DNA of 64,000 nt, taken from assembly GCA_944391055.1 (NCBI GenBank), contig CALXSF010000001.1, positions 136,012 through 200,011 of the forward strand. Reading direction: 5' to 3'. This DNA comes from an uncultured Kiritimatiellota bacterium (GTDB taxonomy: Bacteria; Verrucomicrobiota; Kiritimatiellia; RFP12; DVOR01). The notes below the pieces were generated by a model, which saw nothing but the letters and a program-made list of their open reading frames with translations, did no database searches and had not been told where the DNA came from. Below, in pieces: positions 16,641-26,297 of this stretch; the first letter of the stretch is position 1; the number at the start of each line of letters is the position of its first letter. The translations under genes were made by a program, and so were the position numbers.

Positions 16641-17786
16641 ATGCGCAGGCGGTTGGTCATCCTTGGGGCCACGGGGTCGATCGGCGCGAGCACGCTCCGC
16701 GTGGTCGCCGCGCACCCCGACCTGTTTGAGGTCGTGGGGTTGGCCGCCGGGCGCGACGCCGCCAAGCTGAGGGCCTTGGCCGAACGCTTCGGCGTCCGCC
16801 GTTTGGCGCTTGCCTCACCCAATGCGGCGGGGATCCCGCACGGCGTGCGCGCGCTGCAGGACTTGGCGGCCCTTCCCGAGGCCGACCTCGTCGTCATGGC
16901 CATCGCCGGCATGGCCGGCTACGCGCCGACCCTCGCGGCCATCGAGGCCGGGCATGACGTCGCCCTCGCCACCAAGGAAGTTCTTGTCATGGCCGGCGAG
17001 GAGGTCATGCGGCGGCGCGCGGCCAAAGGCGTCCGCCTTCTGCCCTTGGATTCCGAGCACTCCGCGCTCTTCCAGGCGCTCCAAAGCGGCGTCTATCAGC
17101 CCGCCTGCGTTCGGGCGGACCCTGCCGCCCCCCGTGCGGAGGAACGCGTGGGGGAGGCCATCCTCACCGCCAGCGGCGGCCCATTCCTTCGCCGCCGCGA
17201 CCTTGATTGGCGCCGGGTCACCGTCGCCGAGGCCCTCGACCACCCGCGTTGGAACATGGGCCCGAAAGTCACCGTCGACTCCGCCACCATGATGAACAAA
17301 GGCCTCGAGCTGATCGAGGCCCTTCACCTTTTTGCCCTTCGCCCCGAGCAGCTTCGCGTCTGGGTCCATCCCCAAAGCGTTGTCCATTCCCTTGTTCGTT
17401 TCCGTGACGGCGCGCTGCTTGCGCAGCTGGGCGTGGCGGACATGGCCTTGCCCATCCAGTATGCCCTCACTTGGCCTGACCGCGCCGGCCATGCGCCTGT
17501 CGCGCCCCTTACCCTTGCGCAAATGCGGGGCTTGGAGTTCGAGGAGCCCGACCTTTCCCGCTTCCCGTGCCTGCGGCTTGTCTTTGAGGCCCTGCCGCGG
17601 GGCGCGTGGACGCACCCCATCCTGACTCTGGCCAACGAGGTCGCCGTCCGGGCTTTCCTCGATGGCCGCCTTTCGGCCGACCGCATCGCGGCCGTCATCG
17701 AGGAAGGGCTGGCCGCCGGGCCCGCGCCTTTCGAGACCATCGTCCGTCGGGCCGAGGAGACCGTCGCCCGATTCCCAACGCCATGA
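16641..17786 (+). CDS. dxr: 1-deoxy-D-xylulose-5-phosphate reductoisomerase
   Basis: ILGATGSIG, LPLDSEHSA, LTASGGPF, HPRWNMGPKVTVDSATMMNKGLELIEA and HPQSVVHS. Confidence 0.96.
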   Translation: MRRRLVILGATGSIGASTLRVVAAHPDLFEVVGLAAGRDAAKLRALAERFGVRRLALASPNAAGIPHGVRALQDLAALPEADLVVMAIAGMAGYAPTLAAIEAGHDVALATKEVLVMAGEEVMRRRAAKGVRLLPLDSEHSALFQALQSGVYQPACVRADPAAPRAEERVGEAILTASGGPFLRRRDLDWRRVTVAEALDHPRWNMGPKVTVDSATMMNKGLELIEALHLFALRPEQLRVWVHPQSVVHSLVRFRDGALLAQLGVADMALPIQYALTWPDRAGHAPVAPLTLAQMRGLEFEEPDLSRFPCLRLVFEALPRGAWTHPILTLANEVAVRAFLDGRLSADRIAAVIEEGLAAGPAPFETIVRRAEETVARFPTP

Positions 17787-18706
17787 AGACCCATCCGCTC
17801 TATCCCCTCACTTTTCACCCGCAGTACCGCGATTGCCTTTGGGGTGGCGACGCCATCGCCACCCGCTACAACCGCGCCAACACCCCGCGCCCCTGTGCCG
17901 AAAGCTGGGAGGTCTCCGCCCTTCCCGGCGCCGAAAGCGTCGTCGCCAACGGCCCGTTTGAGGGGATTGGCCTTGGGCAGCTCACCGAGGTCTTCGGGCG
18001 CGAGCTCCTTGGCACCAAGGCGCCCGATCCGGCCACCTTCCCATTCCTCATCAAAATCCTTGACGTGCACGACCGCCTTTCCGTCCAAGTCCATCCCGGG
18101 GCCGAGGACGCCAAGGCGTTGGGGTGTGCCCCCAAGCATGAGATGTGGTACGTCCTCGCCTCCGAGCCTGGTGCCGCCCTGTGGGCCGGCGTCCGTCCCG
18201 GCGCCGATCTTGCCCGTCTCGCGGAGGAGGATCTCGTGGCGTATCCCACCGCCGAGGGGGACGTCTTCGACATCCCGCCCGGGCTGATCCACGCCATCGG
18301 CCCCGGCAACCTCATCTATGAGGTCCAGCAACCCAGCGACGCCACCTTCCGCATCCATGATTGGGGGCGTGGCCGCCCCATCCAGCCCGAACAGGCGCGG
18401 CGCGTGGCGCGTCCCGGGCTTTGCGCCCGGCAGTTCCCGCCGGTTGCCTCCAAGCGCGACCTCCGCCCCCGGCTGCAAACCCCGGATTTCTCCTTCGCCA
18501 CCCTTCACCTTCTCCGCGAGCGCACCCTCCACACCACCGAACAGAGCCTCATACTGCTCTTCTGCGCCCTCGGCAAGGCCACGCTGGAGCATGAGGGGCC
18601 CCATCCCCTCACGCTGCTCCCCGGCGATTCCGTCCTTCTGCCCCCGCGGCAGACCGTCTATCTCCAACCCTTGGCGCCCACGCGCCTCCTCCTCACCACG
18701 CTCTGA
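17783..18706 (+). CDS. manA: Mannose-6-phosphate isomerase, class I (cupin)
   Basis: LWGGD, AESWEVS, FPFLIKILD, LSVQVHP, KHEMWYVL, PGLIHAIG and YEVQQPSDATFRIHDWGR. Confidence 0.85.
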   Translation: MKTHPLYPLTFHPQYRDCLWGGDAIATRYNRANTPRPCAESWEVSALPGAESVVANGPFEGIGLGQLTEVFGRELLGTKAPDPATFPFLIKILDVHDRLSVQVHPGAEDAKALGCAPKHEMWYVLASEPGAALWAGVRPGADLARLAEEDLVAYPTAEGDVFDIPPGLIHAIGPGNLIYEVQQPSDATFRIHDWGRGRPIQPEQARRVARPGLCARQFPPVASKRDLRPRLQTPDFSFATLHLLRERTLHTTEQSLILLFCALGKATLEHEGPHPLTLLPGDSVLLPPRQTVYLQPLAPTRLLLTTL

Positions 18707-18716
18707 AAGGAGTCCC

Positions 18717-19643
18717 ATGAAAGCCCTGCGTCTCTTCGGCAACATCCTTGTCTGGCCGCTTGCCATCTCCAAGCCGCTTGACCGGCTCCATCACTCCCGC
18801 CTTCTCCGCATTCTGCGCCGCCTTGTCTTCGGTCTTGTGCTTGTGGTCTTTTGGCTGCTGGTCTTTGTGCTTGTCGGCGGCCTCGGCCCGCTGATCACCC
18901 ATGCCGGCGCGCCGATCGTCAAAGCCTTCGGCGTCCCCCTGACGGTCGGGAAATGCGTCATCCTCCCGCTGGGCGGCTATGTCCGCGTCGAGAACCTGAC
19001 CATCGCCAACCCCGACGCCTTCGTCTCGGCCAATCCCGACGTCTACAGCAAGGAGCCGCTCGCCAAGGTCGGCCTTCTTGAATGCGACGTCGCCATGCGC
19101 TCCCTGCTTTCCCGGGAGATCGCCGTCGACACCCTCCAGCTTACCGGGCTGCGCGCCCTTTACGCCTACGACCTCGACACCACCAACGTCGACGCCCTGC
19201 TTGCCCAGATGGGCATCCAGCCCGCCGCCCCCGCCGAGGCTGAGCCCGCGCCGGCGCCCGCCCAGCCCGCGGAGGGGCAGCCGCAGGCCGAGACGCCCGA
19301 CACGCCCGCCAAGGAGCCCCTCAAGTTCCGCCTTGCCTATGTCCGCCTCGAGGACAACTCCGTCTCCTTCCGCAAGTTCGTCACCGTCCCCATCGCCCTC
19401 CCCGCCCTCACGCTCAAGGACGTCAGCAGCGACGACCTCCAGCGCCGGATCGACGCCGTCGTCGAGCCCGCCGTCAAGGCCGTCCAAGGCGCCGCCGAGG
19501 GCGTCGGCGCGCTGGGCGGCCTTCTCGGTGACGGCGCAAAAGAGGTCGGCACGGGCGCGAAAGACGCCCTTGACGATGGCGCCAAGGCCGTCGGCAACCT
19601 CCTTGAGGGCCTTTTGGGGACCCCCAAGAAGAAAGACGAGTGA
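18717..19643 (+). CDS. Membrane-anchored AsmA-like envelope protein (hypothetical)
   Basis: N-terminal TM helix, then V.NLTIANP..F, LL...IAVDTLQL.G and TNVDALL, resembling AsmA N-terminal domains; ends in a low-complexity amphipathic tail. Confidence 0.5.
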   Translation: MKALRLFGNILVWPLAISKPLDRLHHSRLLRILRRLVFGLVLVVFWLLVFVLVGGLGPLITHAGAPIVKAFGVPLTVGKCVILPLGGYVRVENLTIANPDAFVSANPDVYSKEPLAKVGLLECDVAMRSLLSREIAVDTLQLTGLRALYAYDLDTTNVDALLAQMGIQPAAPAEAEPAPAPAQPAEGQPQAETPDTPAKEPLKFRLAYVRLEDNSVSFRKFVTVPIALPALTLKDVSSDDLQRRIDAVVEPAVKAVQGAAEGVGALGGLLGDGAKEVGTGAKDALDDGAKAVGNLLEGLLGTPKKKDE

Positions 19644-19660
19644 AGGTTTGTCGCCTGCGA

Positions 19661-19689
19661 AAGCCCCCGCCTGCGCGGGGGCTTTTTTT
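19661..19689 (+). terminator. Intrinsic terminator
   Basis: AAGCCCCCGC-CTGC-GCGGGGGCTT followed by a T-run. Confidence 0.8.
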
Positions 19690-19845
19690 GTGCCCGCCCG
19701 CCGTCATCGGCGCGGCACCGCGGGGCGCCCCGCCTGGCTTCGCGCGGATGGGCGGGGGAGGGGCTGCGCGGGGTGGGGCGCTTGGGCGCGCCTTGGCTTG
19801 CCGGCGGCCGACCGTGCGGTCGGCCTTGCCAAGGGCGCGCGCATG

Positions 19846-19880
19846 AAAAAGCCCCCGGCCTTGCGCAAGGCCGGGGGCTT
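19846..19880 (-). terminator. Intrinsic terminator for the GH31 gene
   Basis: AAAAA-GCCCCCGGCCTTG-CG-CAAGGCCGGGGGC; the U-tract is on the minus strand. Confidence 0.8.
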
Positions 19881-19897
19881 GGGTGATGGGGCGGCGC

Positions 19898-22800
19898 TCA
19901 CTTGGCGGAGCCGGAGCGGAAGAGCCGCAGGTCGGTCCAGACGCCGGTGTCGGTGGGGGCGGCGCCGCTTTCGCCGGTGAGGGTGAAGCGGAGCTGCTTG
20001 GCGCCGGCGGGGATGTCGACGTCGATGAGCTGGCGGACGTCCTGGGGCTTCATGCCGACGCGGGAGAAGATTTCCTTGCCGTCGGCGGTGATGCGGAAGG
20101 TGACGGCACCGGCGTTGGCGTTCCCGGTGAACATGCCGGCGTGGCCCCTGACCTTGTCCCAGGTGCCGTCGAGGTCGAGCGTCCAATCGGCGCCGACGGT
20201 GTCCTTGCGGCAGGCCGGGAAGTCGGAGCCGTCGACCTTGAGGGTCTCGTCGCCGATGGGCTTGGTCTCGTCGGGGAGGGGCGCGGCCTTGAGATCCTGC
20301 AGGATGTCGATCTCGGCGGCGGAGCCGAAGTTCTGGCCGTTCTGCGCGGAGGTGAAGGTGATGCGGACGTAACGGGCCCAGGTGGTGTCGAAGGAGACGA
20401 CGCGGGGCTCGACCTTCCCGAACTTGGCGAACTCGCCCTCGGCGACGGTGGCGTAGCGGCCGGGGAAGCGGGCGAGCTCGATCTTGTAGCCCTTGATGAC
20501 GCCGTTGCCGAGGTTGGCGCGGGGGAGGTAGGAGAGGGCGTTGACGGCGTAGAGGCCGTTCATGTCCACGTCGATGACGTAGGGGAAGGCGGTGGGCTGC
20601 TTGCCGTCCTTGCCGTAGTAGGAGTGCCACATGGTCTCCTCGGTACCGTCGAAGGCGGCGTTGACGTGGGCGTCGCCGGCCTGGGAGTTGACCGACAGGG
20701 TGAACTCGGATTTGTCGATCTCGTTCGTGACCTCGGGGACGGGGTAGGGCGCGGTGGGCTGGATGCCGGAGAAGGGCGCGGTGCGGACGAGGAAGGCGAC
20801 GGCCTCGCTGAGCGGGGTGCGGGCGAGCTTCACGCGGAGGGTGCCGTGCTTGTCGTCGGGGTCATAGAACCAGCATTGGCGGCCGTTGGCGTAGGCGGCG
20901 GAGGCCTGCTCGCCGTCGAGGCGGAGGATCTCCTGGCCGAGGGTGAGGTCGCCGTTGAGGAGGGTGACGGAGGTGGGCTTCACGGGGCAGTGGATGACGA
21001 ACTCGTAGGCGCGGGCCTCGGGCATCCCGTCGTAGCCATTGCCCTCCGCGGCGCCGAGCTCGACCTGGATGAGTCCGTGGGTGCCGCGGTCGAAGGCGCG
21101 GACGCAGATGTCCTGGGTGGTGTAGGCATCGGCCTTCCGGAAGGCCTGGGTCTCGCCGTCGTCCTCATAGAGGCGGAAGAAGGCGGCGCGTTCGCCGGAG
21201 AAGTCGGGGTAGACGTCGAAGGTGATGGGGTCGTAGGGCTTGTCGCCGAGGACGAGCATCTCGGGGTACATCGGGATGATGGAGCCGGCGCGCACGAAGA
21301 CGGGGAGCGTGGCGAGGGTGATGGGATAGGCGGCGATCGTGGTGGGGCCCTCGACGCGGCGGCCGTCGTTGTAGTCATACCACGTGCCCTCGGGCAGGTA
21401 AACGTCCTTGCGCCAGCCGCGGTTGAGCTTCATCGAGGTGTAGACGGGGGCGACGAGCACCTCCTCGCCGAGCATGAACTGGTACTTCGTCTCCTCGCCC
21501 CAGGTGTGCCGATCCTCGGGGAAGTTGTAGACGAGGGGGCGGACGATGGGCGCGCCGGTGACCCAGGCCTGCGCCATGTAGGAGTAGACGAAGGGGACGA
21601 GGCGGTTCTTGTGGAGGAGCGCGTCGCGGTTGAGGCTGCGGTAAGGCTCGGGGTAGCTCCACGGGCTCTTGTTGATGTGGCTCCAGCCGTTCATGACGTA
21701 GAGCGCGGTGGTCCAGCACTTCCACTGAAGGTCGCGCAGGTAGGTCTCGTTGGAGCCGCCGAAGATGCCGTCGATGTCGGTGGAGGCATAGGCCTGGCCG
21801 CTCATGGCCGAGCCGGCGTAGGTGGGGATGTTCCAGCGGATGAGGTCCCAGGAGCCGGACTGATCGCCCGTCCAGGCGATGCAGTAGCGCTGGGTGCCGG
21901 CCCAGCCCTGGACGCCCCACACGAAGGCGCGGGCGTCGGCGTTGCTCTCGATGCCCTCGGCCGCGGTCCTGCAGCACTCCAGGGCATGCTGGTAGGCGGG
22001 GCTGGACCAGGCGACGTCGATCTTCTGGACGCGGGAACCGGCCTGGCCGACCTCCCAGTTGATGCGGTCAAGCGCACCCTCGGTCCACAGACCGGTGTGG
22101 AAGCCGAGGTCGGCGAGCGCGGAGACGACGTAGCCCAGCTGCATATGGTCGCAGCCATAGCCGTCGTTCACCAGGAGCCAACCGCCGGGCATGCCGTGCT
22201 CGCGGTAAGCCTTGGCCACGCGCACGGCGTCGACGGGGGTGACCTCCTTGAAGGTGCCGTCCTCGTTCTGGGCGGGCTCGCGGGTCTCCTTGTCGCGGGT
22301 GATGTAGGCGTCGGCGTCGCCGAGTTGCAGGCCCCAGCGGGGAATGAGGTTCGGACGGCCGGTGTACTTGGTGTAAAGGTTGAGGTTCCCGGCGAAATCG
22401 CCGCCCACGAAGTAGAAGGCGTCGAAGCGGTTCTCGGCGTGGGTGGTGCGGATCTCCGTCTCGCCCGTGAAGTCGTATTCACCCGTGGCGAAGGTGTGGC
22501 GGAGCACGCCGTAGCCCGTGTTGGTCTGATAGAAGGGGGAGGGGTTGGGGTGGCCGCCCTCGTTCCAGTTGCCGTCGGCCAGGATGGCGATTTTCCTTCC
22601 CTTGTGGGCGAACTCACCGTTCTGCTGGCCGCCGCCGTAGAAGCGCTCGTCGGGGTTCGTGGCCAGGGTCTGCGTGGTGCCCTTCTCGGGGTCGAGGTCG
22701 AGCGGCTTGGCCTCGGTCCAGACGGTCAGGCCGGTGAGGCGGTCGGTCAGGGTGAAGCGGCAGTCGGCCTTGTCCACGGTCAGCGTGAGGGCGGTGGTGG

Positions 22801-23185
22801 AGAAGGTGTAGGCGCCGGCCTCGCGGTCGTCGGCGAAGACCACACGCGTCTTGTCCTCCGGCACGCCCACGAGGATCTGGGCCTTTTCGGGATCGTTCCG
22901 CGGGTCGGAGAAGTCGGCGGAGACGAAGGTCTTGACGTTGCCTTCCTTGTCCTTGACGGGGTTGCCGGCGCGGTCGCGCACAGGCTCCAGCTTCTGCGGG
23001 GCGGCCAGGATCCGGAAGACCTGCGGCGAGTAGAACTGCACGCGCACGGTGAGGCCGTTCTCCGTGATGAGATCGAAACTCTTCGACATGCCGCTCTGGG
23101 GCACCATCTTCAGCACCTTGCCCGGCGTGACCGCGAACGCGCCCGCCGCCAACAGCGCCATCAATCCTGCAACAGCTTGTTTCAT
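19898..23185 (-). CDS. Multimodular GH31, alpha-N-acetylgalactosaminidase (Nag31-like), with DUF5110, F5/8 type C (CBM32) and NPCBM-like modules
   Basis: GGGQQNG, WLLVNDGYG, GLWT, KIDVAW, GWAGTQRY, WTGDQSG, IRWNIPTY, DIDGIFGG and RDLQWK; C-terminal AFDG...TMWHS, SYLPR, AEIDI and NPCBM-like FRITADGK. Confidence 0.8.
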   Translation of the reverse strand: MKQAVAGLMALLAAGAFAVTPGKVLKMVPQSGMSKSFDLITENGLTVRVQFYSPQVFRILAAPQKLEPVRDRAGNPVKDKEGNVKTFVSADFSDPRNDPEKAQILVGVPEDKTRVVFADDREAGAYTFSTTALTLTVDKADCRFTLTDRLTGLTVWTEAKPLDLDPEKGTTQTLATNPDERFYGGGQQNGEFAHKGRKIAILADGNWNEGGHPNPSPFYQTNTGYGVLRHTFATGEYDFTGETEIRTTHAENRFDAFYFVGGDFAGNLNLYTKYTGRPNLIPRWGLQLGDADAYITRDKETREPAQNEDGTFKEVTPVDAVRVAKAYREHGMPGGWLLVNDGYGCDHMQLGYVVSALADLGFHTGLWTEGALDRINWEVGQAGSRVQKIDVAWSSPAYQHALECCRTAAEGIESNADARAFVWGVQGWAGTQRYCIAWTGDQSGSWDLIRWNIPTYAGSAMSGQAYASTDIDGIFGGSNETYLRDLQWKCWTTALYVMNGWSHINKSPWSYPEPYRSLNRDALLHKNRLVPFVYSYMAQAWVTGAPIVRPLVYNFPEDRHTWGEETKYQFMLGEEVLVAPVYTSMKLNRGWRKDVYLPEGTWYDYNDGRRVEGPTTIAAYPITLATLPVFVRAGSIIPMYPEMLVLGDKPYDPITFDVYPDFSGERAAFFRLYEDDGETQAFRKADAYTTQDICVRAFDRGTHGLIQVELGAAEGNGYDGMPEARAYEFVIHCPVKPTSVTLLNGDLTLGQEILRLDGEQASAAYANGRQCWFYDPDDKHGTLRVKLARTPLSEAVAFLVRTAPFSGIQPTAPYPVPEVTNEIDKSEFTLSVNSQAGDAHVNAAFDGTEETMWHSYYGKDGKQPTAFPYVIDVDMNGLYAVNALSYLPRANLGNGVIKGYKIELARFPGRYATVAEGEFAKFGKVEPRVVSFDTTWARYVRITFTSAQNGQNFGSAAEIDILQDLKAAPLPDETKPIGDETLKVDGSDFPACRKDTVGADWTLDLDGTWDKVRGHAGMFTGNANAGAVTFRITADGKEIFSRVGMKPQDVRQLIDVDIPAGAKQLRFTLTGESGAAPTDTGVWTDLRLFRSGSAK

Positions 23186-23294
23186 GCCAAACCTCTCTGA
23201 GAAGTGTCAAACATATCTTATTATAACAGAACGCCCCGCGCGCCGCGTGCCCTTTGGCGCGTCGGGCGGCGCGGGACGATCGAGGGGCGGGGCC

Positions 23295-26021
23295 TCACTC
23301 CAGCTCGAGGAGGAGCCCGCGTGTGGGCGGGAGGGTGATGGGGCCGGCGGCGGGGAAGTCGGCGGCCTCCTGGAAGCCTTTGGCGGGGCGGGCGCGCCAG
23401 CGGGCCTTGGCGGGGTCGCGGCCGAGGGCCTTGGCGGGGTCGCGGCCGAGGGCCTGCCAGTCGGCGTCCAAGGTGAGGGAGAGGGGCTTGTCGGTGAGGT
23501 TGGCGAGGGCCAGGAGGGTCTTGCCGTCGGGGCGGCGGTAGAGGGTGGCGAGGGCCTGGTCGGTGGAGGGGCGCACGGGGTTGGCGGGGTCCCACCAGCC
23601 GATGAGCGCGGTGCCGGGGACGATCCCGAAGGCGTCGAGGAGGCTCCGGGCGGGGCGGGGGTCGCCGGACCAAGGACGCCGCGGGAGCATCCCGAAGGCC
23701 AGGCCGCGCCAGGGGTTCTGCGGGCCGGTGAGCTGCTCGCTCATGAGGCCGAAGGGAATGCCGGACATCTCGACGAGGATGAAGTCGGGGCGGCGGTTCA
23801 TGGTGAAGGCGCCCTCGCCGTGCCAGAGGGAGTCGATGTAGGGATAGAGCTCCATGAAGCAGATGGCGGAGTTGGCCCAGGCGGCGAGGGGGTTGTGGTG
23901 GTTCCAGGAGTGCATGTCGATGAGGCGGCGGGTGGGGGCGTCGCGGTCAAGGATGCGGCGGGCGCGGCGCATGGCCACGCGGTCGAGGGCGGTGTCGTCG
24001 ATGTAGAGGCCGTCGACGTGGGCGTTGCGGAGGAGGTAGGCGAGGCCCTCGAGGTAGAAGTTGTCCCAGCGGGTGGAGGGGGTGGTGAGGACGGCGAGGT
24101 CGAGCTTGCCCTCAAGCCCGGGGTGGCGGAGGGTCTCGCGCCAGGCGGGGACGAAGTCGTCGCCGAGGTGGGCCTTGAGCCAGGGGTGCGGGCCGTTGCG
24201 GTTGGTGACGGGCCAGGGGACGCCGGGGCGGCGGGGCATGATGATCTCGCCGTCGAGGGCGTTGAGGGCGAAGAACTCGGGCATGTTCTGGGTGAGCTCG
24301 CGGGTGGTGTAGTAGACCTTGAGCTTCATGCCGGCGCGGTGGGCGGCCTCGGCCTCGGCGGCGAGGCGGGGGAGGAAGAGGTCGTTGTAGGGATAGTTGA
24401 TGAAGGGGTTGATGGCGCGGCCTTGGTGGATGTTGGCGACGGTGAAGCCCTCGGCGCGGAGGGCGGGCCAGTCCTCGCCCTTGAAGCCGGCGCCGGCGTG
24501 GAAGATGCGGTTCTCGGCCAGCTGGAAGTGCGGGTCGATGGGCTTGAAGGGCGTGAGGTACCAGTCGAGGTCATAGACCGTCTCCGCGCCGGCGGCGAGG
24601 TCGCGCGGGCCTCCGGTGAGGGTCAGCCGGGCGGAGCCGTCGGCCTCGCGGCGGAGCGTCACGCCGCCGTCGCCCCAGCCTTCGGGGAGGGCGAGGGGGC
24701 GGAAGGCGTAGTAGGCGTTGATGAGGGGGCGGACGTAGCCGGGGCCTTTGAGGCGGAGCATGAGGCCTTGGTTCACGCCGCCGACCCAGAGGGCGTCCTG
24801 ATGTTTGCGGACGTCCCACTTCCACGCGAAGTCCTTGGGCGCGAGGCCGCCCTCAAGCCCCAGGCCCATCGCGTAGCGCGAGGCAGCGGGGGTGAGCGCC
24901 AGCGAGAAGGTCGCCGCGCCGTGACGCGCCGCTTGGCCCCCGCGCGGGCGGACGGTCAGGCGCGTGGAGAGAAAACCGTCGTACTCCAGACGCCCTTGGA
25001 CGGTGAGCGTCAGCATGCCGTCGGCGGACTCCGACTCCGCCGTCCACGAGACGCCCACCGGCCCACGCTCGGTGAAGGCGAAGGACTTCGCCTCCCACGT
25101 TACCCCCTCCAACGTGAAGGCGGGCGCCTCGGCGAAGCCTTCCTGCGCCGGCGCGTCGGTGCGGGTGTTCGAGCCGTTGAAGAAGGAGCGGTAGGCCTTC
25201 GGCAGGCCGTTCTCCCCTAGGACAATCTCCCGGCCCAAGATGCGCAGCGTGCGCGTCGCCGCGTCCGCCTCCACGGGCGTGAAGGGGGCGGTGACGGTCT
25301 CCTCCTGGCCGATGGTGGAGTTGAGCCACCGCAGGCGCGCCAGGCGCCACCCCTCGTGGACGCCGCCCTCCGCCACCGGCTCCCCCGCCACCGTCAGGCT
25401 CACGGGGAAGGGACACCCGCCGAGCAGCAGCTCGAAATCCAGCGCACCCTTCGCCGTCTCCGGCACCTGCACGCCGAACCAAAGCGGCCGCACCTCCCCC
25501 TCCTTCGGCCACGGCAGCTGTTTCAAGAGCGGCGCCCCCAGGCGATCCGTGCCCTCGATCGAGAGGCAGGTCACCTCCGGCGCGTCGCGGAAGAGGCGCG
25601 TGAGGGCGTTGCCCACCGGCCGCGCCTCATAGGAGACCGTCGCCTGCGGCGCCTTGGCCCCGCCCACGATCGCCACCTGGAAGACGTAAAACTCCCCCGG
25701 CCGCGCCTCCCCGCGGAATCCCCCGAGCGCGCCCTTCCCGGCCTCCGTCAGCCACACCGCCGGCAGGATGCCGGGCCGCACCGCGCGGTCGCGCCGCTCG
25801 CCGAAAAGCCAAAAGTCCGCCGGGTGCGCCTTCGCGAAGGCCGCCCAAGCCTCGGGCGAGGCTGCGCGCTCCATTACCGTCGGCGCCAAGTCGGCGTCGG
25901 CCGCGCCGACGCTCTGCGCCTCCGGCAGGTTGTAATCCTCCGCCCCCGGGGTGGCCGAGGCGTCCGCGCGGAGCGCGAGCGGGAGGGACAGGGCAAGCAA
26001 GGCAAGGAAGGGTTGCTTCAT
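23295..26021 (-). CDS. Secreted putative glycoside hydrolase (DUF6067-like)
   Basis: Signal peptide MKQPFLALLALSL; RLRWLNSTIG, INPFINYP, KVYYTTREL, WDNFYLEGL, DGLYIDD, IDMHSWNH and PYIDSLWHGE. Confidence 0.6.
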   Translation of the reverse strand: MKQPFLALLALSLPLALRADASATPGAEDYNLPEAQSVGAADADLAPTVMERAASPEAWAAFAKAHPADFWLFGERRDRAVRPGILPAVWLTEAGKGALGGFRGEARPGEFYVFQVAIVGGAKAPQATVSYEARPVGNALTRLFRDAPEVTCLSIEGTDRLGAPLLKQLPWPKEGEVRPLWFGVQVPETAKGALDFELLLGGCPFPVSLTVAGEPVAEGGVHEGWRLARLRWLNSTIGQEETVTAPFTPVEADAATRTLRILGREIVLGENGLPKAYRSFFNGSNTRTDAPAQEGFAEAPAFTLEGVTWEAKSFAFTERGPVGVSWTAESESADGMLTLTVQGRLEYDGFLSTRLTVRPRGGQAARHGAATFSLALTPAASRYAMGLGLEGGLAPKDFAWKWDVRKHQDALWVGGVNQGLMLRLKGPGYVRPLINAYYAFRPLALPEGWGDGGVTLRREADGSARLTLTGGPRDLAAGAETVYDLDWYLTPFKPIDPHFQLAENRIFHAGAGFKGEDWPALRAEGFTVANIHQGRAINPFINYPYNDLFLPRLAAEAEAAHRAGMKLKVYYTTRELTQNMPEFFALNALDGEIIMPRRPGVPWPVTNRNGPHPWLKAHLGDDFVPAWRETLRHPGLEGKLDLAVLTTPSTRWDNFYLEGLAYLLRNAHVDGLYIDDTALDRVAMRRARRILDRDAPTRRLIDMHSWNHHNPLAAWANSAICFMELYPYIDSLWHGEGAFTMNRRPDFILVEMSGIPFGLMSEQLTGPQNPWRGLAFGMLPRRPWSGDPRPARSLLDAFGIVPGTALIGWWDPANPVRPSTDQALATLYRRPDGKTLLALANLTDKPLSLTLDADWQALGRDPAKALGRDPAKARWRARPAKGFQEAADFPAAGPITLPPTRGLLLELE
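23402..23454. repeat. Exact 24-bp tandem duplication in frame (ALGRDPAK x2)
   Basis: GGGCCTTGGCGGGGTCGCGGCCGA twice, plus a partial GGGCC. Confidence 0.9.
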
Positions 26022-26297
26022 GATGCGTGATCCTTTCGCCATCAGCATAGCCCATCCGCCGTCCTTCCGGCACGCCGTTCCCGCGTTTCCGCGGCCCCTG
26101 CGTCCGGCGCAACGCACGCCGCCCCCGCTTGCCTTAGGCGGCCTCGCGCGGGGCGTGGTGTGTTTGGCGTCGCCGGCGAAGGAGGGGGCGGCGTCGACGC
26201 GGGCAAGCGGGCCGACCTTGATTCGGCACGCCGACAAAAGAAAACCACTGGGCGCACGGATTGTGCCCAGCGGTTTGTCGTTTTTGGGTGTTCGGCC

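Noticed and set aside
19690-19845. GC-rich intergenic hairpins as a possible sRNA (also 26050-26230 and 51930-52030)
   Set aside because: No promoter-terminator pair or recognisable family motif; stems are expected by chance at this GC content.
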